Positions 26,834 to 34,893 of a stretch of DNA of 64,000 nucleotides are shown here, piece after piece. The notes beneath the pieces were generated by a model. The model saw only the letters and a list, made by a program, of their open reading frames with translations, made no database searches and was not told where the DNA came from. Position numbers and translations under genes: made by a program. Origin of the DNA: a virus; IMG/VR virus record IMGVR_UViG_2928010679_000002; one strand, 5' to 3'. The first letter of the stretch is position 1, and each line of letters opens with the position of its first letter.

Positions 26834-27886
26834 ATGAAAATTGAAGAAGGCAACTACTCGGTGGCCGAGTTGGTCGATTGGTACAAGGGAAGGACGCTCG
26901 TCGTTAACCCTGAATATCAACGCGGGGGGGGCCTGTGGCCGGTAGCAGCGAAGAGCTACTTCGTCGACACGATCTTGCGCGATTTTCCATTCCCAAAGGT
27001 CTACTTTCACGAGCTCGTCGATAGGGGAACAAAAAAGCCACGCAAAGAGATTGTCGATGGGCAGCAGCGGTTAACCACCATCGTCGAATTCACCGATGGC
27101 CAATTTGCATTGGGTAAGAATGCGCGAGAGTATGCCGGGAAGAGGTTCGCGGAACTGCCCGAAGAATTACAGGACCATTTTTGGGGATACACCGTCTCTG
27201 CGGATGTAATCAGGAATGCGACTCGTGCTGAAATACTTCAGATGTTTAGGCGCATGAATGCATTTACGCTGCCATTAAACGATGCGGAGAAGAGACACAG
27301 CGAGTTTTTTGGAGAGTTCAAGGACTGGGTCAACTTGGCATTGGATCGCTTTGGCGACGTGCTGATTAACTGGAAGATTCTGAGTAGCCGGCAGATTGTT
27401 CGAATGGTTGATGCCGAATTCATTGCCGATCTGGGCTTGGCGGTCGAAGAAGGGGCCGTGAGTTCTAGTCCGGCCAAGTTGAAGGCACTTTACAAAAAAT
27501 ACGACGAAGAATTTGATGCGCAAGAGGAGTTTGAGGCAAAGATTTTTGGGGCGTTTGAAACGGTTATCGACAACTTCTCGGATTTGCAGGGCACTCACGC
27601 CACCAAGCAACACGTCTTTCATTCACTGCTGTGCGCATTGATTTTGAACCGCTTTGGTCTACCGGAGGACCAGGCTGCGATAGGATTGACCTCAATTGAT
27701 GCATATTTTGTTGATCGTGATCGCGCACTTGCGTCTATTAGGAGGCTCGCGGCCGCCCACGAAGAGAACGATGTCGGCGTCTTTGGCGAGTATGTAAAGG
27801 CAGCCTCGGAAGGCGGTAATCGTGGGCCGCAGCGGATTATTCGCATTCGTTGGTTGGCCAAAGCGCTTAGGGGTGAATTTGCATAA
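26834..27886 (+). CDS. DUF262 (GmrS/ParB-like) domain protein
   Basis: NPEYQRGGGLWP...SYFVDTILRDFPFPKVYF...EIVDGQQRLTTI...FRRMNA...LN; visibly more AT-rich than the flanks. Confidence 0.88.
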   Translation: MKIEEGNYSVAELVDWYKGRTLVVNPEYQRGGGLWPVAAKSYFVDTILRDFPFPKVYFHELVDRGTKKPRKEIVDGQQRLTTIVEFTDGQFALGKNAREYAGKRFAELPEELQDHFWGYTVSADVIRNATRAEILQMFRRMNAFTLPLNDAEKRHSEFFGEFKDWVNLALDRFGDVLINWKILSSRQIVRMVDAEFIADLGLAVEEGAVSSSPAKLKALYKKYDEEFDAQEEFEAKIFGAFETVIDNFSDLQGTHATKQHVFHSLLCALILNRFGLPEDQAAIGLTSIDAYFVDRDRALASIRRLAAAHEENDVGVFGEYVKAASEGGNRGPQRIIRIRWLAKALRGEFA

Positions 27887-27891
27887 ATGCC

Positions 27892-28557
27892 ATGACGCTT
27901 TACGCAAGTTGGATCGAATTTGCTGACAGGACTTCAGATCTAATTATTCATCTGCGAGCTTTTGCAACCACTAAAGGGGCTGCTGCGCTGAGCGCCCCGT
28001 ACGCGCTTGAGGAAGAGAGTCTTCTTGAGGGTCTGGTTTCAAAGGCGTGGCAAAGCTGGGGCCTATTTGCCCGTGAATATGTTGTGAAGTCCTGTATGGG
28101 GACCACGGATGGAAACGGTGCGGCAGTGGCCGCTCATCCCTCCGCCCTTACGGAGGAGCACGTTTCACAGGCGTCGGTGCTGGCTAAAGGGAAAAATAGT
28201 GCAGGCCCGTACTGGGCCGGTCAAAACTTTGTATTGCGGTACGAACCAACGTGGGGTGATGCCGATGTCTTGGTAAGAATGGCTCCCAGGCTCGCGCACG
28301 CGAATCAGGCGCTCTTCGTTGCTGCTGTATCAAGTTACGCGCAGCGTGCCAAGGTTCTACAGGCCATCCGAAATGCCAGCGCACACGTGAATATTGAAAC
28401 GATGGGACTTGTGCTCACTTTTCGATCTCAATATGTTTCGTTTCCAATTGCCCATCCTGTCCAGGCCCTTTATTGGCATGACCCCAATGTACAGGACTTC
28501 TTATTCGCAGCCGTGCTTGATGAATTAGTAGAACTCGCATTAACCGCGATCTCTTAA
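27892..28557 (+). CDS. HEPN-like protein paired with DUF262
   Basis: Starts 5 nt after the DUF262 stop; LQAIRNASAH (RxxxxH). Confidence 0.65.
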   Translation: MTLYASWIEFADRTSDLIIHLRAFATTKGAAALSAPYALEEESLLEGLVSKAWQSWGLFAREYVVKSCMGTTDGNGAAVAAHPSALTEEHVSQASVLAKGKNSAGPYWAGQNFVLRYEPTWGDADVLVRMAPRLAHANQALFVAAVSSYAQRAKVLQAIRNASAHVNIETMGLVLTFRSQYVSFPIAHPVQALYWHDPNVQDFLFAAVLDELVELALTAIS

Positions 28558-28682
28558 ACGCGAAAGGACAGGGCGTTTCGAAGCAATCGTCGGCCACAAG
28601 GAAACCATGCCACGCACAAGGTCAATGGTCTTCGCATGAAAACGTTATATCATGCGCAGACTATCAACTTTAGGTGCGAACT

Positions 28683-29372
28683 ATGGCATTCCGAGCAGAC
28701 GAAGCGGCGCAAGCCGGCTACCAGGAAGTGGAGGATTACTTGGTGGGTCGCCTTCATGGCGTCGACGCCGATGAGCGTGAGCTCAGCAAAAGCGTCCTAC
28801 GTGAAATCGTGGACGAAATCGGGCCTGCCGTTGACTCTTACCCTTCGTGGCACCCACTCGTAAGCAACTACATCAACGATCACAGCCCAAGTACGACGCC
28901 AGGCGCGGACTGCGGGTATGCGGGACTGGACCACACAAGGTACTTCCGGAACGGCTTCATAAGCTGCCCCTACGGCGACGGCGCGGACGAGATCATCGCT
29001 TCTGTGAGCGAGCTCCCTGAGGGCCACGCCGCCCGTATCACAGCCCGCAAGCTCGACGCCAAGTTCTACAGCACCAACGCGACCCCCGTTCTGGTCAAGT
29101 GCGAGTGGGAACGTCGTCATCCATCTGATGGCCTGATTCCGTTGTCGATCGCGCTTCCTTTGATGCTGGAAAAGGAGGTTCCATGCTGGCGCTGGTCGCA
29201 GGTCGCCGAGACGTGGGAATCTATGCGCCACTACTTTCTGGGCGCTCCTCGCGGCAGCCGGTCGTCTCTGTTCGTGAGCCAAGAGACCGGGCAAGCCCTC
29301 AAGAAGGTCTGGGAACTGCTGATTAATACCGGGATGTTCGGAAACATCAAAGTGGACCGCCTGCCGCGCTGA
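28683..29372 (+). CDS. Conserved-looking hypothetical cargo protein
   Basis: 229 aa, MAFRADEAA...YPSWHPLV...LDHTRYFRNGFISCPY...WESMRHYFLGAPRGSRSSLFV. Confidence 0.75.
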   Translation: MAFRADEAAQAGYQEVEDYLVGRLHGVDADERELSKSVLREIVDEIGPAVDSYPSWHPLVSNYINDHSPSTTPGADCGYAGLDHTRYFRNGFISCPYGDGADEIIASVSELPEGHAARITARKLDAKFYSTNATPVLVKCEWERRHPSDGLIPLSIALPLMLEKEVPCWRWSQVAETWESMRHYFLGAPRGSRSSLFVSQETGQALKKVWELLINTGMFGNIKVDRLPR

Positions 29373-29418
29373 TCGAAGGATCGGTCATCCATCCGTACTG
29401 GTTGCCGAGCGCAACCCG

Positions 29419-29444
29419 AAGCCGCCCGTGAGGCGGCTTTTTTG
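29419..29444 (+). terminator. Intrinsic terminator closing the cargo island
   Basis: AAGCCGCC-CGTGA-GGCGGCTT then TTTT. Confidence 0.8.
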
Positions 29445-29446
29445 TT

Positions 29447-29489
29447 CCCCCCTGTAGGGTTTCGCCTTTGTCTCCCGCTTCTTGAAACT
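29447..29489 (+). promoter_or_regulatory. Late-promoter-like motif copy 3 (scaffold-capsid operon)
   Basis: CCCCCCTGTAGGGTTTCGC...GAAACT at the same 34-nt spacing, directly after the terminator. Confidence 0.7.
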
Positions 29490-29630
29490 GCCCCTCAAGC
29501 ACCGCGCGCGAGCGTTGGGGCGACGTCACGGTGGCAACGCCGTGGATTCAAGGCAGATGGCGCGGGCCCATGTGGCTCGCACCGGATTGCTGGCCCCTTT
29601 GCGGCCACGGCGATATGTGGCGGGACAGGC

Positions 29631-30713
29631 ATGACGACATCCAACGACTTTTTCCAGAACAACGAAATCACCGGCGCACTGACGCCGCAGCAGGCCGCGC
29701 AGCTCCTCGAGATCGCGGCATCGGGCGATACCAGCTTCGGGCTGGATGACGGTGGCGCGCCCGCGTCCACCACTGCTGCAGACGCCGCCGCTTCTACCGA
29801 AGCGGGTGCCGCCAACACGAACAGCAGCGCAGCCGCTCCGGCAGCTTCGCCTGCACCTTCCCCCGCTCCAGCGCCCGCTGCGGCGCCGGCAGCAGCTCCC
29901 GCAGCCGAGCCCGACGCGTCCAACGCCGTCTTGCTCGCGAAAGATGGCAAACACACCATCCCCTACGAGAAGCTGGTGCAGGCCCGGGAGGGCGAGCAGC
30001 ACTGGAAGGCGCAAGCGGAGACGGCCCAGCGCCAACTCGCTGACCTGCAGACCCAAGCGCAGCAGCGCGCTGATGCGGGGCAAGCGCCGACGAAGACGGA
30101 CAACCAGGTGGCGGCTGCGCAAGCGGCGATCGCCAGCGGGGTGGACCCGGCTCTCTTCGGCGACTTCTCCGAGGAGGCGCTGGCGAACGGCATTGCGACG
30201 CTGGTGGACCAGCGCGTGGAGGAGCGGATCAACAAGGCGATCGCTCCGCTACAGCAGCAACAGCAGCACACCGCTCGCAACGCGCACTACGAAGCCATCT
30301 ACAAGGCACACCCTGACGCGGACTCGGTGGCGGAGAGCGCCGAGTTGCAACAGTGGATCGGCGCTCAACCCAGCTACCTGCAGCCCACGCTGCGTGGCGT
30401 GCTGGAGAAGGGCACCACGTCGCAGGTGGTCGAGCTGTTCAACGATTTCAAGAAGGCCACTGCCGCGCCCGCCGCGGCGCCGGCCTTTGGAAAAGGCCAA
30501 GCCGCCGTGACCGATCCCAAGGTCGCGGCGCAAGCCGCCATCGCTGCCGCGGCACCAGCCGTGCCGGCCTCCCTCTCGGACATTCCGGGCGGGCGGGCCG
30601 ACGCGCTGTCGCCGCACGAGCGACTGGCGGCCATGGACCCCGTATCGATGGCCGACGCCATGCAAGGCATGTCGCCCGCGCAGATCGATGCGTTCCTGAA
30701 CCGATCCCTGTGA
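29631..30713 (+). CDS. Capsid scaffolding protein
   Basis: A/P/Q-rich, LLAKDGKHTIPYEKLVQAR; immediately upstream of the major capsid gene. Confidence 0.75.
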   Translation: MTTSNDFFQNNEITGALTPQQAAQLLEIAASGDTSFGLDDGGAPASTTAADAAASTEAGAANTNSSAAAPAASPAPSPAPAPAAAPAAAPAAEPDASNAVLLAKDGKHTIPYEKLVQAREGEQHWKAQAETAQRQLADLQTQAQQRADAGQAPTKTDNQVAAAQAAIASGVDPALFGDFSEEALANGIATLVDQRVEERINKAIAPLQQQQQHTARNAHYEAIYKAHPDADSVAESAELQQWIGAQPSYLQPTLRGVLEKGTTSQVVELFNDFKKATAAPAAAPAFGKGQAAVTDPKVAAQAAIAAAAPAVPASLSDIPGGRADALSPHERLAAMDPVSMADAMQGMSPAQIDAFLNRSL

Positions 30714-30753
30714 GCCATCAGGCCCACGCAGCACCACACACAAGGAGGTCTAG

Positions 30754-32043
30754 ATGACCGCAACGAAGACGCAAACCGCGTATGGCGACCCGAAAGCGAT
30801 GGTCCAGCAAGCAGCTGGCGTATTCGCCGTCAGCCAGCAACGCAACACCACCATGAACCGGCTGGTCGGCAAGATGCCCAAGCTGGAAGGTGCGATCAGC
30901 ACGATCAAGAAGCAGTCCAGCAACCACATGCCCATCGTGCAGGCGCAGGACTTGGGCCAGGGCAAGGGCGACGAGGTGAAGTTCAACCTCATCAACCCGA
31001 GCGGTGGCTACCCGATCATGGGCAGCGCGTACGCCAAGGGCCGCGGCGTGGGCATCAAGCTGTCCGAAGACCGCCTGCGCGTCAACCAGGCGCGCTTCCC
31101 GATCGACATGGGCGATGTGATGTCGCAGATCCGCAGCCCCGTGGACCTGCGCCGTGTCGGGCGCCCGCTGGCGCAGCAGAAGATGGACGACTACCTAGAC
31201 CAGTCCACCCTGGTCCACGCGGCCGGCGCGCGCGGCTTCCACGACAACATCGAGTGGCGCGTGCCGGTCGAGACGCACCCCGCGTTCTCCGAGATCCTGG
31301 TTAACCGCGTCAAGGCGCCGACCAAGAACCGCCACTTCATGGCCAAGGCCGGCGCGATCGACCAGTTCACCGTCAATGCCGGCGAGGTCGACATCGCTTC
31401 GACCGACCTGCTGAAGATGGGAACTGTCGATGCCGTGCGCACCTACATCGACCAGATTCCGCTGCCCCCGCCCCCGGTCAAGTTCGACGACGACCAGGCC
31501 GCGACCGACAGCCCGATCCGGGTGATGCTGCTTTCCCCTGCGCAGTACAGCGGCTTCGCCACCGACCCGGCATTCCGCAATTTCCAGGCGAATGCGGTGG
31601 CCCGTGCGCGTCTGGCCAAGGACCATCCGCTGTTCCTGATGGAAGCTGGCCTGTGGGGCGGCATCCTCATGGTGAAGATGCCCAAGCCGATCCGCTTCTA
31701 CGCCGGCGACACCATCCGCTACTGCGCCGCGTACGACTCCGAGAACGAGACGGCCGCTGTCGTGCCGGCGAGCTTCACCACGAAGTTCGCCATCGACCGC
31801 GCCATCCTGATGGGCGGCCAAGGTCTCGCGCAGGCGTTCGGCGCCTCGGAGCACAGCGGCATGCCGTTCTTCTGGAGCGAAGAGAAGGACGACCACGGCG
31901 ACAAGCTGGAAATCCTGATCGGCGCGATCTTGGGCATGTCCAAGGTCCGCTTCGCTATCGACCATGGCGACGAGACCCAGTTCACCGACCACGGTGTGAC
32001 GGTCCTCGACACGGTGGTGCCGATCATCAAGCCGCGCGGCTGA
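30754..32043 (+). CDS. Major capsid protein (DUF4043/N4-gp56-like)
   Basis: AAGGAGG RBS; PIVQAQDLGQGKGDEVKFNL...RAILMGGQGLAQAFG...DHGDKLEI...DHGVTVLDT. Confidence 0.88.
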   Translation: MTATKTQTAYGDPKAMVQQAAGVFAVSQQRNTTMNRLVGKMPKLEGAISTIKKQSSNHMPIVQAQDLGQGKGDEVKFNLINPSGGYPIMGSAYAKGRGVGIKLSEDRLRVNQARFPIDMGDVMSQIRSPVDLRRVGRPLAQQKMDDYLDQSTLVHAAGARGFHDNIEWRVPVETHPAFSEILVNRVKAPTKNRHFMAKAGAIDQFTVNAGEVDIASTDLLKMGTVDAVRTYIDQIPLPPPPVKFDDDQAATDSPIRVMLLSPAQYSGFATDPAFRNFQANAVARARLAKDHPLFLMEAGLWGGILMVKMPKPIRFYAGDTIRYCAAYDSENETAAVVPASFTTKFAIDRAILMGGQGLAQAFGASEHSGMPFFWSEEKDDHGDKLEILIGAILGMSKVRFAIDHGDETQFTDHGVTVLDTVVPIIKPRG

Positions 32044-32100
32044 TGACCCAGGGCCGGGGCAACCCGGCCTCTCTCCCCTCACCCCATCAAGGAGCCACAC

Positions 32101-32580
32101 ATGGCCAACATCAAACTCAAGGGACTGGGCATCAACCAGTTCGGCGGCATGGCCGCCTACGGCAACGTCACCACGCTGCGGGCCACGCTCGAAACCGACG
32201 CCACCGGCGCAGCTGTACGTGCGAATGCGACCACGCCTCTCGGCGTCGGCGACAAGGTGTACCTGCAGAGCCTGCCGGCGGGCTTCCGTCTCGAAGACCT
32301 GCAATCGATCGTTTCGATCGCCATGACGGCGGCCGTGACCGGCTCTGTCGGTTTCGAGTATGCCGACGGCGAAGACAGTGCCGAGGTGCCTCAGGACCTC
32401 GCTTACTTCGGTGCCGGCATCGTGCTCAATGCCGCCGCCCGCCTGCGCACGAGCTCGTCGAAGGCACCGGTGACGCTGGCGAAGGAAGCCTTTCTGGTGC
32501 TGACGCTGGCGGGCGCGGTTAACGCCAAGGTCAGCCGCATCGACTTCATCGTCCACGGCGAGCGCCTGGGCGCGAAGTGA
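32101..32580 (+). CDS. Probable capsid decoration/cement protein
   Basis: 159 aa, beta-rich, directly after the capsid gene; AAGGAG RBS. Confidence 0.6.
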   Translation: MANIKLKGLGINQFGGMAAYGNVTTLRATLETDATGAAVRANATTPLGVGDKVYLQSLPAGFRLEDLQSIVSIAMTAAVTGSVGFEYADGEDSAEVPQDLAYFGAGIVLNAAARLRTSSSKAPVTLAKEAFLVLTLAGAVNAKVSRIDFIVHGERLGAK

Positions 32581-32588
32581 TGTCGACG

Positions 32589-32615
32589 GGGAGGGCGGTA
32601 TCGCCTTCCCTTGTT
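32589..32615 (+). terminator. Possible weak terminator/attenuator after the capsid genes
   Basis: GGGAGGGCG-GTAT-CGCCTTCCC then TTGTT. Confidence 0.45.
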
Positions 32616-32636
32616 CCCTCTACTCAAGGACCTCTC

Positions 32637-33203
32637 ATGCCCACCAACACGAATGGCGTGCCCGTGAAGTACATCGGGCGCGAAGACCCGTTCTATGACC
32701 GGCTCTACGGCTCGAACCTTCCGTTCGTGCCTGGCCAGGTGCGCCTCATCACCGATCTGGATCTCGTCGCGAAGTTTCTGCGGCACGGCGACTGCTTCGA
32801 GAAGGCCGTGCTCGAACCGGTAGCTCCGCCGCCTGCTCCGGTCCCGGCTCCCGCGCAACCGCCTGTCGCAGCGACGGGCGACGGCGACTCTGGCGAGAGT
32901 GGTGCCGCCGCCCAGACCTCCGATGCGCCGACAGGCGACGGGGCGCAGGGCAAGACCGAGTCCACGCAGCAACCTGAGGATGACACGCAGGAACGCCTCG
33001 CCGCGGCCAAGAAGCTCGAAGACGATCAGAAGCTCGCAGAGCAGAACCGACTCGACCTTGTGCAGACCCTCGACTCGATGGACAAGGACGGGCTGCAAGA
33101 GTTCGGCGTCACCAAGTTCAGCCAGAAGGTGCCGAAGAACCTCTCTGTCGAGAACATGCGCGCGCGCATCGTCGAAATGATCGACCAGTACGGCGTGCCC
33201 TGA
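32637..33203 (+). CDS. Head-associated hypothetical protein
   Basis: VKYIGREDPFYDRLYGS N-terminus, low-complexity linker, helical C-terminal domain; AAGGA before ATG 32637. Confidence 0.65.
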   Translation: MPTNTNGVPVKYIGREDPFYDRLYGSNLPFVPGQVRLITDLDLVAKFLRHGDCFEKAVLEPVAPPPAPVPAPAQPPVAATGDGDSGESGAAAQTSDAPTGDGAQGKTESTQQPEDDTQERLAAAKKLEDDQKLAEQNRLDLVQTLDSMDKDGLQEFGVTKFSQKVPKNLSVENMRARIVEMIDQYGVP

Positions 33204-33206
33204 TCC

Positions 33207-33881
33207 ATGACGCTGCAGGACCTGATCCGTCGCTTTCGCACGCTCGCGTTCGATCGTGAAATCCCGCCGTTCTGGCCGGACGCCGACGTGCGCGACTGGC
33301 TCAATGACGCGCAGGCGCAGGCGGCCGTGCGCGGTCGGCTTCTGCTTGAGGACGCCAAGCCGGAAATCTGCGAGGTCGCGATCGAAGCCGGCCGGCATAC
33401 CTACCCGCTGCACGCAGCCCTCTATGAGCTGGTGCACCTGCAGGTGGAGGGTGCCCAGTTCGAGACGACGACGCCGAAACTGGTGACGCGGGAATGGCTC
33501 GATCGCAAAAGCCCGGGCTGGCGCGCCGGCGAGCACCTGCAAGCCGGCGAGATCCTGTTCGCCATCCAGGGGGAAACGACCATCAGGCTCGTGAGCACGC
33601 CTGTGCGCGCTGGCGTCCTTCGCATCGAGGGGTACCGCTTGCCGCTCGCGCCAATGGTGGAGAACACCGACGCTCCGGAAATTCACGCGGCCCACCACGA
33701 GCACCTGGTGCAGTGGGCGCTGCATCGCGGTTTCTCGATCCCCGATACCGAGACGTTCGACCCAGCCCGCTCGGCAGCTGCCGAGGCCGAGTTCTCGGCC
33801 TACTTCGGTCCGCTGCCTGATTCGGACCTGCGGCGCAGCACGCGCGACGACACCGACCACGTCACGGTGGTGCACTCGTAA
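33207..33881 (+). CDS. Head-tail adaptor-like protein
   Basis: MTLQDLIRRFR...FWPDADVRDWLNDAQAQAAVRGRLL...PEIHAAHHEHLVQWALHRGFS. Confidence 0.7.
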   Translation: MTLQDLIRRFRTLAFDREIPPFWPDADVRDWLNDAQAQAAVRGRLLLEDAKPEICEVAIEAGRHTYPLHAALYELVHLQVEGAQFETTTPKLVTREWLDRKSPGWRAGEHLQAGEILFAIQGETTIRLVSTPVRAGVLRIEGYRLPLAPMVENTDAPEIHAAHHEHLVQWALHRGFSIPDTETFDPARSAAAEAEFSAYFGPLPDSDLRRSTRDDTDHVTVVHS

Positions 33882-34102
33882 TGGCCAGCACCCTTCACCA
33901 CATCGAACTGCGCGCGGGCGAGACCGTGCGCATCGGCGACGTGATGGTCACGCTCACCCAGAAGTCGGGCCAGCGCGCGCGCCTCGCGATTTGCGCTGAC
34001 CCCAAGACCCCGATCGTGCGCCCAGGCGGGCGCATCCACACCGGCGCGCAGGAGTGCGCCTCTTCTACTGAAGAGGCCGCAAATGGCAAACACCCTGTAT
34101 GA
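33881..34102 (+). CDS. Small CsrA/RsmA-fold-like protein
   Basis: IELRAGETVRIGDVMVTLTQKSGQRARLAICADPKTPIVRP aligns by eye to CsrA [43 protein letters not shown]. Confidence 0.55.
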   Translation: MASTLHHIELRAGETVRIGDVMVTLTQKSGQRARLAICADPKTPIVRPGGRIHTGAQECASSTEEAANGKHPV

Positions 34103-34490
34103 CGCTGCTCGGCAGCGCTTTTTGGAAGGCCAGTTCAACTGGCTGACCGACACCATCAAGATCATCTTGGTGGACACCGGCGCTTACACGCCGCAGACGG
34201 CAATCCACCAGTACCTGTCCGACATCCCGACCTCGGCGCGCATTGCCGGGCCGGTGACGTTGACCGCGAAGACGACCTCGGGTGGCGCGGCCGACGGCGC
34301 CGACGTGACCTTCACCGCGGTGTCGGGCGCGAGCATCGAGGCCATCGTGATCTACCGTGACACCGGCACCGAGTCCACCTCGCCCCTGATCGCCTACATC
34401 GACACGGCCACGGGCCTGCCCATCACCCCCAACGGCGGCGACATCATCGTCACCTGGGACAACGGCACCAACAAGATCTTCAAGGTCTGA
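34083..34490 (+). CDS. Virion structural (tail) protein
   Basis: MANTLYDAARQRFLEGQFNW...LIAYIDTATGLPITPNGGDIIVTWDNG. Confidence 0.75.
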   Translation: MANTLYDAARQRFLEGQFNWLTDTIKIILVDTGAYTPQTAIHQYLSDIPTSARIAGPVTLTAKTTSGGAADGADVTFTAVSGASIEAIVIYRDTGTESTSPLIAYIDTATGLPITPNGGDIIVTWDNGTNKIFKV

Positions 34491-34495
34491 CGACC

Positions 34496-34849
34496 ATGAG
34501 CGCAGGAGTGCAAGACACGCAACCCGCCGCGGCCGAGCCGCAGAAGCCAGCGCCGCAGCGCGTCGGCGTTGAAGGCATCGCGCCGAAGCCCATCGAGCTC
34601 ACGCCGGCCGCGCCTGTTGCCATCGACTGGCGCAAGGTCGGCGCGCTGCCGCCATTCCAGATGTTCGTGCACGAGCTGGCGCCGTGCCCGCCCGAGCGCG
34701 ACTCGCAGCAGTGGGCCATCGACTATGCGCTGCGCTATGCCGCTCAGCGCGGCGATGACGCGCTGCTGGGGGAGTACGGCTCCTGGCACGATGCCAAGGG
34801 CTATTGGCCCAACGAGACGCCATTTGGCGTGTTGAAGGACGGCGCGTGA
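34496..34849 (+). CDS. Hypothetical protein (tail module)
   Basis: 117 aa in operon. Confidence 0.65.
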   Translation: MSAGVQDTQPAAAEPQKPAPQRVGVEGIAPKPIELTPAAPVAIDWRKVGALPPFQMFVHELAPCPPERDSQQWAIDYALRYAAQRGDDALLGEYGSWHDAKGYWPNETPFGVLKDGA

Positions 34850-34893
34850 GCCCCGCGAGTCACCTTTCCGGCGGACGCTGAAGGAGGACGAAC

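Noticed and set aside
29840-29910. GC-rich short tandem repeats (also ~7420-7510, ~49080-49135, ~53630-53700)
   Set aside because: They encode Ala/Pro linkers inside proteins; no evidence for a separate DNA-level function
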